Part shown: positions 16,666 to 25,902 of the stretch, one piece after another
Position numbering within the stretch: position 1 is the stretch's first letter
How the letters are laid out: every line of letters begins with the position of its first letter
DNA from: a virus
Taxonomy: Duplodnaviria > Caudoviricetes
IMG/VR virus record: IMGVR_UViG_3300032253_000241
Coordinates: 1 to 26,727 of that record
Direction: 5' to 3' (one strand)
DNA: 26,727 nt
Made by a program: the position numbers and the translations under genes
The notes under the pieces: model-generated
Database searches by the model: none
Told to the model about the DNA's origin: nothing
The model's input: only the letters and a program-made list of their open reading frames with translations

Positions 16666-17754
16666 ATGATGTCATTTAAATATATTAGTGATCCAGCTGT
16701 GTTAGCTATAGATAAGGGAATGACGGGAAAAGAGGCTGATATGTGTACCAAATTGTATGGTTCCATATTAGTAAAAAAACAACCGTTTTTAGGATTGGAA
16801 TTACCTAATATTACATACTTAGAAAAGATGATTGAAAGTGCGGATTTAGCAGGATATTACCAGTATAAAGATGAGTTTAATATATGTGCTTTTTATAAGC
16901 ATGATGAGACATTTCCTATTTCTAGGTCATATTATATAAAATTGAAAACTTTGTCAGATTGTGAGGCTGTTTTACAGAACTTTAACAAGAGTGGTGAAAT
17001 TCTGTCAAGGATAGATGATGTTTCAATTTTTATGTTTACGGAGCAGGTAGGGCATGAGAAAAGAGTCGATGAATTTTTTTCTAAAGTAAAACATAAATCT
17101 AAAGTGTTTAAAGGTTTATTTGAAGGTCGAAAAAAACACACTACCACTGAAAGCGGAATGTTCTTAAGTAGTGATGGGTGCCTTGTATGTGGCGATGAAA
17201 GTAAGCAAATGATAAATACTACTGTATCTGGTGATAAAGGTGTTTTATTTGGTTTTAATTTATGTCAAGTACATGCTGAAGAGTGTAAAAGTGCAAATTC
17301 TAATATTGAGTATTTGTCTTCAGTCTGTGATGTAGAGTCACCAGTGAAAATGATTGAATTTTCATTAGAGGATAGGCTGAAAACAGTTATAAAAATGCTG
17401 GTTGATGAGTTTAATTGTAAGATAGGTAAAATTGATAAAGATACAATTACAGCTTATCGAAATGATACTGATTTTAAATTGGTGTTTCGTTTGACTACTG
17501 AAATGAATTATGGATATATGATATTTCAACCTGATGAAGAAGATGATATAGCGCGATTCGATTCGGCAAATCATCATAATGTTAATTACGGACCGGATCA
17601 CTTGCATCGTGATCTGAAAAATGAAAATGAAAATGCAGAGTCATCATTTATGACTGGTTATCCTGTTATTGACAAAAAAGGATTTAGAAAGGTACTAGAA
17701 GAAAAAGAACGTGAATTTTATAAAAAAACTGAAAAAAACAAGTCTAAGAAGTAA
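16666..17754 (+). CDS. AT-rich moron (362 aa) with Zn-binding motif and C-terminal DUF6516/TumE-like domain
   Basis: AGGAG RBS at 16651-16655; CLVC...LCQVH; YGYMI...ARFDSANHH...PDHLH resembles the RxDNAxHH..PHHxH motif. Confidence 0.65.
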   Translation: MMSFKYISDPAVLAIDKGMTGKEADMCTKLYGSILVKKQPFLGLELPNITYLEKMIESADLAGYYQYKDEFNICAFYKHDETFPISRSYYIKLKTLSDCEAVLQNFNKSGEILSRIDDVSIFMFTEQVGHEKRVDEFFSKVKHKSKVFKGLFEGRKKHTTTESGMFLSSDGCLVCGDESKQMINTTVSGDKGVLFGFNLCQVHAEECKSANSNIEYLSSVCDVESPVKMIEFSLEDRLKTVIKMLVDEFNCKIGKIDKDTITAYRNDTDFKLVFRLTTEMNYGYMIFQPDEEDDIARFDSANHHNVNYGPDHLHRDLKNENENAESSFMTGYPVIDKKGFRKVLEEKEREFYKKTEKNKSKK

Positions 17755-17770
17755 AAGGATAAAATTATTA

Positions 17771-18367
17771 GTGAATGGTCTCGCGGTGAATGTACGATCT
17801 AATCTTAAGCAACTTACAAAAGGTCTGGATGACATAGCCCAAAAACAAATCCCGTTTGCCATGGCGTTAACATTAACCAAAACAGTACAAAGCGCACAAC
17901 GATCAGAAAAGATTGCCATGGATCGGCAACTCGATCGACCTACTCCATTTACCAAGCGAGGCGTGGCCATACGCAAAGCCACAAAAACAAACTGGCAAGC
18001 CCAGGTGTTTATAAAAGATATTCAGGCAGAGTATTTAAAGTGGGTGGTGGAAGGCGGCACACGTAAACCAAAGAACAAGGCGCATGTATTACCGGTAACA
18101 ATAAAGCGTAATAAGTACGGCAATATTCCACGGGGCAAAGTACAAAAGCTATTGCAACGTGCAGATGTGTTTAGTGGTGTGGTGAAGGGTGTGCAGGGTA
18201 TCTATCAGCGTACACGTCGAGGCACTCAATTATTGTTGGCCTTTGAACCGGTGGTTAGACACAAGCCGCAATATAAGTTCTATGAAGTGGCTGAGAAACG
18301 AATTGAGCAGGTGATTGGACGCCAGTTTAGTTTGGCAATGGTGCGGGCGTTGAAAAGTGCGAGGTGA
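17771..18367 (+). CDS. Basic phage morphogenesis protein (gpZ/tail-completion-like)
   Basis: KQIPFAMALTLTKT...DRPTPFT motif common in phage proteins; likely GTG start at 17771 after AAGGA. Confidence 0.6.
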   Translation: MNGLAVNVRSNLKQLTKGLDDIAQKQIPFAMALTLTKTVQSAQRSEKIAMDRQLDRPTPFTKRGVAIRKATKTNWQAQVFIKDIQAEYLKWVVEGGTRKPKNKAHVLPVTIKRNKYGNIPRGKVQKLLQRADVFSGVVKGVQGIYQRTRRGTQLLLAFEPVVRHKPQYKFYEVAEKRIEQVIGRQFSLAMVRALKSAR

Positions 18368-19039
18368 TCAAGGTTGCCATTCATTATATGGCGTTGCGGA
18401 TAAAGGTTGATCGTTATTGTAAAGTGGAACAATAAGAGTGGTGTAGCTGTGATAGTTACCTGCTTTTGCTTGATCGTGTAACCATATTATCAAATCGTCA
18501 ATATTATCATTATTTAAATCAGTTGAGGCAATGACTTGTAAAGAATATGTCCAGTCGTCTGTTTCTCGGGTAACAGAGTGTTTGCCTATTTTTAAATGAT
18601 CGGGATCAAGTTTTTGTAGTGTCAGACCATAGGCTTCAGACTCTTGATTAATTGATGAAGGGTAGGATGTTAAGGTGAGCCTATTGGAAAGCTTGTTGCC
18701 ATAATCTTCGTTATTATTTGATGCGCTTACGTTTCGAGATTTTAATAAATCAAGTGTTTCGCAAATTAGGTATTCATTTTGATGGATTTTATTATTTACG
18801 CCATCGAAAAGTTCAGATGACTTTAATTGTGATAAGTAGTCAATGCAATTGTTTACGATAGTATCAGGTTCGAACTTTATTTCGATTCGTTTTTTATTAA
18901 GTGTAGTGTTTAAGTTCTCATAACTATTTTTCAATGAGGTGTCGAAAATATATGCGCTAGGAACGTTATCTGATGGAGTGTTTTCACACCCTAGAATAAA
19001 AGACCCTAATGTGATTAGGATTAGTGTTTTAAATTTCAT
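18368..19039 (-). CDS. Lipoprotein, candidate immunity protein
   Basis: Lipobox ILGC; DLNNDNIDD Ca-binding-like loop; ATGA overlap with the upstream muramidase gene. Confidence 0.7.
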   Translation of the reverse strand: MKFKTLILITLGSFILGCENTPSDNVPSAYIFDTSLKNSYENLNTTLNKKRIEIKFEPDTIVNNCIDYLSQLKSSELFDGVNNKIHQNEYLICETLDLLKSRNVSASNNNEDYGNKLSNRLTLTSYPSSINQESEAYGLTLQKLDPDHLKIGKHSVTRETDDWTYSLQVIASTDLNNDNIDDLIIWLHDQAKAGNYHSYTTLIVPLYNNDQPLSATPYNEWQP

Positions 19040-19605
19040 TTACTTTTTTTCATGTTGTTAAGTAGGTCAGATTCAAGTTTTCTTCTGGATTTATAGTCAT
19101 CACCAAAATCGTTAAGAACTTCTTTTGTTTTTTCCCAGTCCTGAGAGGTTGCGGCTTTCCAGAATTTTGGCGCTCTTCTTTGTAGGCCGGTTCCATACTG
19201 AAAGGAGACAGAGGCTATAACGGTTTGTACTTCTGGTGGTAAATCATTGAATTTAGTATCCCCATTTTTAATGGCGGCATTGTACTTATTTGCAAGAGAT
19301 GTAATGTGGGTGCTTTTAACTACTTTATCAATCTCTTCAGCTTGGGCTGCATTAAGCATTAATGGCTTTTTCTTGATGGCGGCTAGTGCGTCTTTTTTTG
19401 TGACACCCAGGTAAGGCTTGAGCTTGTCGATTAATGTTTTAGATAGCTTTAGTTTTTTTAAATCGGCTTCATTTCTTTGTCCTAAATCAAAGCCGGTGGC
19501 AACAGTTACACCACTTTTACTGTTATTGCTTGCAGGGACGTAACCTAATAATTTACGTCCGCCTTCGCGATCACTAAGAAATTTATAATCGATTTTGTCT
19601 GACAT
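19036..19605 (-). CDS. Pesticin C-terminal-like (T4 lysozyme-fold) muramidase
   Basis: IDYKFLSDREGG...GYVP...SKSGVTVATGFDLGQRN, QTVIASVSFQYG and RRKLE motifs; AAGGA RBS. Confidence 0.85.
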   Translation of the reverse strand: MSDKIDYKFLSDREGGRKLLGYVPASNNSKSGVTVATGFDLGQRNEADLKKLKLSKTLIDKLKPYLGVTKKDALAAIKKKPLMLNAAQAEEIDKVVKSTHITSLANKYNAAIKNGDTKFNDLPPEVQTVIASVSFQYGTGLQRRAPKFWKAATSQDWEKTKEVLNDFGDDYKSRRKLESDLLNNMKKSK

Positions 19606-19795
19606 GATGCAGTCCTTTGATCAATGATATTTATTATTAATAAGATTGTGAAGGCTATCACAATACCGCCGTGATGTGTTAATAATGCCTCGCAAATCAG
19701 CCTGCTTCACGCCGAAAAACAACACCCTCTAATCGCCGCAAAAAAACAGGTGCATCCCGCCCTCAGAAGACGTGAAACGTCCAGCACAAGATTCA

Positions 19796-20050
19796 TAGGT
19801 TCTTCCCAGAGCTTGAAAAGGCGAGGGTCATTCGCAGCGCGCTCTTTCCCTAGACACAGAATTTAAAAACGCATTTCGGTTTCGTTTTTACAAACGTAGA
19901 AAATCGCTAAGCGCTTGTTGTCCCTCGCGTATAGCTAATTTAACTATTTCCAATAAAACGAAATACCCCCCATTTCGCATTTCGCTAAATAAACCCCATA
20001 ACCACGTACGGCGCTGTTTCACTGCTGCGAAGTGGCATTTCGTTTTTTCG
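19796..20050. other. Putative cos/packaging initiation region
   Basis: TAGGTTCTTCC...GCGAGGGTCATTCG motif upstream of the terminase operon; CATTTCG at 19872, 19971, 19978 and 20036; inverted CGAAAT at 19959. Confidence 0.5.
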
Positions 20051-20092
20051 TTTAATCCTAATTTCTAAACTAAATCATTCAGAGGTCAAGCT

Positions 20093-21697
20093 ATGAAAGT
20101 CATCCTGGTCGCGATCGACAAGGTGCTGCCCTACGCCCGTAATCCAAGAATCAATACACAGGCAGTGGGTAAAGTTGCCTCCTCCATAAAAGAGTTTGGC
20201 TGGAAGCAACCCATCGTCGTTGATGCTGAGATGGTCATTATTGTCGGCCATACAAGATTACTCGCCGCCCAGCAATTAAACCTAAAAGAAGTGCCGGTAC
20301 TCATTGCAGATGACTTAACGCCAGAGCAAGTTAAAGCCTATCGCCTTGCGGATAATCGAGTAGGGGAGGAAGCGCAGTGGGATACCGAATTACTTGCTCT
20401 GGAACTTCATGATCTCGATGGTCTGGATTTTGATTTAGACCTAACCGGATTTGATGAAGATGAGTTATCCGAACTCATGGATCTAGAAGAACTCTTCGAA
20501 GATGAAGAAGGCCTAACTGATGAGAATGACATCCCTGAAATACCGCAAGACCCGGTCAGTGTACCCGGAGATGTCTGGCTCTTAGGTAAACATCGTGTGA
20601 TGTGTGGAGACAGCACCTACATTGATGCGGTAGATAAATTAATGAACGGTAAAAAAGCCAGCCTACTGCATGCCGATCCCCCTTACGGTATGGGTAAACA
20701 AAAAGATGGCGTCGCCAATGATAATTTATATGAAGACAAACTCGATCAATTCCAGCTGGAGTGGTGGGCGACGTTCAGAACGTATTTAATTGACAACGCC
20801 AGCGTCTATATCTGGGGTAACGCGCCAGACCTATGGCGACTCTGGTACATAGGCGGACTCCAGAAAAGTGAACGCCTGACGTTGAGAAATGAAATCGTCT
20901 GGGCCAAAGTCACGGTTAAAGGCAACGCCGATGCAATCGGCATGTCATCACCCGAGATGCGCGGTTACCCAGAGCAAACTGAGCGCTGTCTTTTCTTCAT
21001 GATTGGCGAGCAAGGTTTTAATAACAATGCTGAAAACTACTGGGATGGCTGGGAACCTCTGCGTCAGTACCTTGATGATGAACGAAAGAAAATGAACTGG
21101 GCAGCCAAAAATATCGTTGAGATAACCGGTACCCACATGTATTCCCACTGGTTCACAACCAGCCAGTGGACAATGATCTCAAAAGAAAATTATGAAAAGT
21201 TACAAGCCGCCGCAAATGGCAAAGCGTTTCTACGCCCATATGATGAAACAAAATCAAAACACACGTCCCTGTTAAAAGATCACGAAAGCATCCGATCAGA
21301 GTTTTATAAAACCCGCGCCTATTTTGACAATGCCCATGAAAACATGACCAACGTCTGGTGCTTTGAGCGTGTTAAAGGGGATGACCGACACGGACACGCT
21401 ACCCCTAAACCGGTTGAGATGATTGCACGGGCGATGAAATCCAGTAGTGAAAAAAATGACGTTGTGATCGAACCCTTCGGTGGCAGTGGTGCCACGCTGA
21501 TGGCTTGCGAAACAACCAAACGTATCTGCCACACCATGGAACTATTACCCGAGTGGGTCGATGTCATTGTTAAACGCTGGCAAGCCTACACGGGTAAAAA
21601 GGCCAAACTTGAAAGTGATAACAGATCGTTTGATGACGTTAAAAACCAACGTGAAAAAAGCAAAAGTCATAATGACTCGCTATCCGAGGTGGCTTAA
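20093..21697 (+). CDS. ParB/Srx-domain plus N6A/N4C DNA methyltransferase (beta class)
   Basis: PYARNPR, GHTRL and RLADNR in the ParB-like domain; DPPY catalytic motif precedes HATPKP and the EPFGGSG SAM-binding motif. Confidence 0.9.
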   Translation: MKVILVAIDKVLPYARNPRINTQAVGKVASSIKEFGWKQPIVVDAEMVIIVGHTRLLAAQQLNLKEVPVLIADDLTPEQVKAYRLADNRVGEEAQWDTELLALELHDLDGLDFDLDLTGFDEDELSELMDLEELFEDEEGLTDENDIPEIPQDPVSVPGDVWLLGKHRVMCGDSTYIDAVDKLMNGKKASLLHADPPYGMGKQKDGVANDNLYEDKLDQFQLEWWATFRTYLIDNASVYIWGNAPDLWRLWYIGGLQKSERLTLRNEIVWAKVTVKGNADAIGMSSPEMRGYPEQTERCLFFMIGEQGFNNNAENYWDGWEPLRQYLDDERKKMNWAAKNIVEITGTHMYSHWFTTSQWTMISKENYEKLQAAANGKAFLRPYDETKSKHTSLLKDHESIRSEFYKTRAYFDNAHENMTNVWCFERVKGDDRHGHATPKPVEMIARAMKSSSEKNDVVIEPFGGSGATLMACETTKRICHTMELLPEWVDVIVKRWQAYTGKKAKLESDNRSFDDVKNQREKSKSHNDSLSEVA

Positions 21698-22221
21698 TGA
21701 GCAATAAGCTCCCCATGTATCCCGTCTCTACCATCGCAAAACTCTTTAACTTAAGTGAGCGTCGTATACAGCAATTAGCAAAAGAAGGCGTTATACCAAA
21801 AGCCGATCGAGGCAAGTATGAACTGGTTGGTAGCGTGCGTGGTTATACCGCTTATCTTCAAGAACGTGCACTGGGACAAGAAACAAAAACTACCGACATA
21901 CAAACCCAGCGTTACCGATTAATAAAAGCACAGGCTGATGAAAAAGAATTAGAGCTACAAAAAAAGCGCGATCAACTCATTCCCGCAGAGGATGTAAAGT
22001 CCGGTTGGACACGGATTGTGATTGCAACCAAAACAGGTTTTTTAGCGTTACCTGATCGGTTAAAACAAATGCTCACCTTAACGGATGTTGAACGGGATGT
22101 GATTGATGATGAAGTGCGCGTCATTTTAACCAACCTTGCTGAAAAGAAAACTCACCCTAAAGAAACCGAACACAACCTCAAAGCTGAAATACACGACATA
22201 GACAACACACAACCTACATAA
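21697..22221 (+). CDS. terS: Terminase small subunit (Nu1-like)
   Basis: IAKLFNLSERRIQQLAKEG..P...GKYEL wHTH; RLIKAQAD.KEL coiled coil; upstream of TerL. Confidence 0.88.
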   Translation: MSNKLPMYPVSTIAKLFNLSERRIQQLAKEGVIPKADRGKYELVGSVRGYTAYLQERALGQETKTTDIQTQRYRLIKAQADEKELELQKKRDQLIPAEDVKSGWTRIVIATKTGFLALPDRLKQMLTLTDVERDVIDDEVRVILTNLAEKKTHPKETEHNLKAEIHDIDNTQPT

Positions 22222-22232
22222 AAAGGTTCACC

Positions 22233-24113
22233 GTGAGCGCAGTACAACAGGTCGTAGACGATGTACTGCAATTTTATCTACCACCACCGAATTTAACCGT
22301 AACCGAATGGGCACAAGCCAACCGTATTTTATCCCGTGAAAACTGTGCCTTACCCGGCCCTTATCGGGTCAGTGTTACGCCATATTTAAAAGAAATTCTC
22401 GACTGCATTACCGACCGGTATGTCGAGCGTATCGTCTGTCAAAAATCCGCACAGGTTGCCTGGACTGATGGCGTGATTAATAACGCGGTCGGTTACTACA
22501 TCGACCAAGACCCCGCACCCATGCTGATACTGTTTCCAACAGATGGCATGGCAAAACGCTACAGCAAAGAAAAGTTGTCCCCGATGATTCGGGACACCGA
22601 ACCGTTAAAAGAAAAAGTGGCCGAAGCGAAAAGCCGTGACAGTGGAAACACCCTGGAGAGTAAAAACTTTCAAGGTGGGCATCTGGAATTGGTCGGTTCC
22701 AATGCACCCAGCAAATTAGCTTCCTCTCCTATTCGAATTATTCTGGTAGAAGAACCGGATCGTTGTTCACGCAACGCTGGCGGTGAAGGTAACTCGCTTA
22801 AGCTGGTGTATGAACGCGGTAAAACCTTCCATAACCGCAAAATAATACTCGGTGGTTCACCCACCATAAAAAGTGTCTCTGAAATTGAACGGGAGATGGA
22901 ACTCTCTGATCAACGACATTTTTATATACCGTGTCCTCATTGTGGTGAATCACAAAAACTCGAATGGACCATGGTGGTCTGGGATCAGGATGAAACCCAG
23001 GACCATTTAGTGTATGGAAAACACGACCCTGAAACCGCGCGCTTCAAATGCAGACACTGCGAAGAAGCATTTACTAACGCACAAAAAAATAAAGCCCTGC
23101 AACAGGGAAAGTGGCGAGCGGATAAACCCTTTAATGGTATCGCCGGTTTTTATTTAAACGAGCTGTATTCGCCGTTTCCCAAAGCGCGTGTCCAGGATGT
23201 GGTGGCCAAGTTTCTGGAAGCAAAAAAATATTTAGAGCAGGGCGATCCCACGCTCATGATTACCTGGACGAATACTTCCCTTGGTGAAACATGGGAAGAG
23301 ACGGGTGAGACAGTAGAGCATCACTTTCTTTATCAACGCCGTGAACATTACAACGCGCCCGTACCCGCAGGCAGTTTAATTTTAACTGCCGGTGTGGACT
23401 GTCAGGATGATCGACTTGAATGTGAAATCGTGGCATGGGGGTTAGGTGAGGAATCTTTTTCCGTTGACTATATCCGACTCTATGGTGATTTAACCAAACC
23501 GCAAGTCTGGAATATTCTCGCAGAAATGCTACGCAAAACCTATACGCGTGAAGATGGAATCTTGATGGATATAAAAGCGGTGTGCATCGACTCCGGTGGT
23601 CACTTCACCGATGAGGTGTATCAGTTCAGCAAAAAGCACGGCGTGCGCTGGATGATCCCCATCAAAGGGGCGAGTACACCGGGTAGACCCGTGGCCGATT
23701 TCCCCCGAACCAAAAATAAAAAAGGCGTGTATCTCACCTTCGTTGGAACCGATACCGCAAAAGAAACGATCTACCAGCGTTACAACTTACTGGAACCCGG
23801 CCCCGGTTATTGTCACTGGCCGATTAGTGATACTTACGATGAGGAGTATTTTAAACAGGCTACCGCTGAAACCAAAGTCAAAAAATACCGACGTGGCATG
23901 GAATATTTTGAATGGACAAAAGGCGCGGGCCAACGCAATGAAGCACTGGACTGTCGCGTGTATGCCTTTGCCGCCATTCGTATCTTGCAACAACACCGCA
24001 GGGTGAATCTGGAGCAGTTGCATCATTTATATCTCACGCAAAAAAATGAGCCGAAAACACAAAGCAAAACAAGGCGTCGACCCAAAGTGGTTAAGAGTCA
24101 TTTACTGCATTAA
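22233..24113 (+). CDS. terL: Terminase large subunit (lambda GpA family)
   Basis: KSAQVAWT Walker A variant, GSPT, CPHC/CRHC, ELYSPF, GVDCQDDR, IDSGG and NEALDC motifs. Confidence 0.95.
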   Translation: MSAVQQVVDDVLQFYLPPPNLTVTEWAQANRILSRENCALPGPYRVSVTPYLKEILDCITDRYVERIVCQKSAQVAWTDGVINNAVGYYIDQDPAPMLILFPTDGMAKRYSKEKLSPMIRDTEPLKEKVAEAKSRDSGNTLESKNFQGGHLELVGSNAPSKLASSPIRIILVEEPDRCSRNAGGEGNSLKLVYERGKTFHNRKIILGGSPTIKSVSEIEREMELSDQRHFYIPCPHCGESQKLEWTMVVWDQDETQDHLVYGKHDPETARFKCRHCEEAFTNAQKNKALQQGKWRADKPFNGIAGFYLNELYSPFPKARVQDVVAKFLEAKKYLEQGDPTLMITWTNTSLGETWEETGETVEHHFLYQRREHYNAPVPAGSLILTAGVDCQDDRLECEIVAWGLGEESFSVDYIRLYGDLTKPQVWNILAEMLRKTYTREDGILMDIKAVCIDSGGHFTDEVYQFSKKHGVRWMIPIKGASTPGRPVADFPRTKNKKGVYLTFVGTDTAKETIYQRYNLLEPGPGYCHWPISDTYDEEYFKQATAETKVKKYRRGMEYFEWTKGAGQRNEALDCRVYAFAAIRILQQHRRVNLEQLHHLYLTQKNEPKTQSKTRRRPKVVKSHLLH

Positions 24114-24121
24114 GGAAAAAA

Positions 24122-24340
24122 ATGTATACCCAAACGAATCTGGAAGAAATCGAGTTAGCGATTTTAAGTCTGGCGCAGGGAAGGCGCGTGGTGTCCATTT
24201 CCATGAATGGTCGAACGGTGGCCTATGGGCCGACGGATATTGCATCGCTTAAAAGTCTGCGTAAGGAAATAAAAACCGATCTTGCTAAAAAACGAGGCCG
24301 TAAAAAGTATGCGTTGTTAACTTCTAGTAAAGGGCTTTAA
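24122..24340 (+). CDS. Head-tail joining protein (lambda gpW-like)
   Basis: 72 aa, L..G.RVVSI..NGR.V.Y pattern, located between terL and portal. Confidence 0.85.
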   Translation: MYTQTNLEEIELAILSLAQGRRVVSISMNGRTVAYGPTDIASLKSLRKEIKTDLAKKRGRKKYALLTSSKGL

Positions 24341-25902
24341 TGTTTAAAACGTTATTACAAAAAACGGGTGCCGCTTTATTGCGTGCCAGTGGCCAGAATA
24401 ATAACATCAAACTGAATGCCAGTTTTGAAGGCGCAAGCCGAGGCCGGCGCTTAGGTAACTGGGGTTTAAGTTTATCCGGTCCTAATACGCATCTGACAGA
24501 TTCCTTAACGACATTACGTAATCGTTCACGGGAGGTGATTCGCAATAACCCCCATGCAAAAAGTGCGATTGAATCTTATGTCGCTAACATGGTGGGTATT
24601 GGCATAAAGCCACGCTTTAAATTGCAGGGTCAAAATGAAATTAAAGAACAGATCCAGCTTTTATGGAACCGTTGGGTTATGGAAGCGGATGCCGATGGGC
24701 AAATGGATTTTTATGGTTTGCAAAGTTTAGTGGCAAGATCCACCATGGAATCGGGTGAAGTGCTGGTGCGGTTTCGTCAGCGCCGTGTTGCGGATGGATT
24801 GTGTGTGCCGTTACAACTACAAGTGATTGAAGCCGATCATCTGGATGCGGTCACTGAAACCATCAGTCGAGGGGGCAACCCGATTCGCATGGGCATTGAG
24901 TTTAATCGCACAGGACAGCGAGTGGCATATCACATGAGCCGTGAACATCCGGGTGAAATGAATATCAGCAGCACCGCTAAAATACGCGTCCCTGCTTCAG
25001 AGGTGTTACATATATATAGAGTCCTTCGACCCGGACAGGTTCGAGGCATCCCCTGGTTAGCGGCGGTTCTGGTTCGCCTGCATGAACTGGATCAATACGA
25101 AGATGCAGAATTGGTGCGAAAAAAGTTTGCCGCCATGATTACCGCTTTTGTGACCCAGTCATTAGATGAAGATGAGGATGGCCTGGGTAAAGATGAAGGC
25201 GAAGATGCGCAAGGCACGGATCTGCGTGGAATACAGCCCGGTGCCATCCATTATTTAGAGCCAGGTGAAGGGGTGGAGTTATCACAACCACCTGAAACCG
25301 GTGGTGCTACTTTGCAATGGGTGCAACAACAATTGCGTGACATTGCCGCCGGTATTGGTGTGACCTATGAGCAAATGACCGGTGATTTATCCGGTGTGAA
25401 TTACACATCCATACGGGCTGGGCTTTTGGAGTTTCGTCGGCGGGTTGAAATGCTGCAACGTCAGTTATTAATCTTTCAACTTTGTAGAGGGGTAGCGGAA
25501 CGCTGGTTAGATACCGCCGTGTTATCCGGTGTGATTAAAATACCGGGTTACTTTGAAAATCGTCATACCTATTTAAACATCGACTGGCGACCACCACGTT
25601 GGCAACATGTAGAGCCACTTAAAGATATACAGGCAGATATATTGGAAAATCGCGCTGGTTATATTCCACGATCTAACAAGGTGGCAGAACGTGGCCTTGA
25701 TGTTGAAGATGTTGACAAGCAATTTAAGGAAGATAAGGATCGTGAAGAAAGTATGGATTTATTCTTTGATACTAACCCATCAAAACTTAATCGTAGTGGT
25801 GCGCTTCAACAGGGTGTCAATCAGCCGATAGACGAATCCGAAAACAGTGACCTGGAAGAAGATGAAGATGAGAGTGAAGGTGAGACACAAGAGGTTGCGT
25901 GA
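24340..25902 (+). CDS. Lambda-family portal protein
   Basis: LRNRSR..IRNN, RPGQVRGIPW and TGDLSGVNYTSIRAG motifs; acidic C-terminal tail. Confidence 0.95.
   Translation: MFKTLLQKTGAALLRASGQNNNIKLNASFEGASRGRRLGNWGLSLSGPNTHLTDSLTTLRNRSREVIRNNPHAKSAIESYVANMVGIGIKPRFKLQGQNEIKEQIQLLWNRWVMEADADGQMDFYGLQSLVARSTMESGEVLVRFRQRRVADGLCVPLQLQVIEADHLDAVTETISRGGNPIRMGIEFNRTGQRVAYHMSREHPGEMNISSTAKIRVPASEVLHIYRVLRPGQVRGIPWLAAVLVRLHELDQYEDAELVRKKFAAMITAFVTQSLDEDEDGLGKDEGEDAQGTDLRGIQPGAIHYLEPGEGVELSQPPETGGATLQWVQQQLRDIAAGIGVTYEQMTGDLSGVNYTSIRAGLLEFRRRVEMLQRQLLIFQLCRGVAERWLDTAVLSGVIKIPGYFENRHTYLNIDWRPPRWQHVEPLKDIQADILENRAGYIPRSNKVAERGLDVEDVDKQFKEDKDREESMDLFFDTNPSKLNRSGALQQGVNQPIDESENSDLEEDEDESEGETQEVA

Larger units (their letters stand above)
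6424..25902. mobile_element. Lambdoid prophage-like element lacking protease, capsid and tail-tube genes (about 19.5 kb; att sites not identified)
   Basis: Gene order int-xis-repressor / initiator-dnaB-Q-lysin ... terS-terL-gpW-portal, followed by non-phage DNA. Confidence 0.85.

Noticed and set aside
9633-25780. Many short antisense or alternate-frame ORFs inside the initiator, dnaB, MTase, terL and portal genes
   Set aside because: Fully overlapped by well-supported phage genes and lacking motifs.
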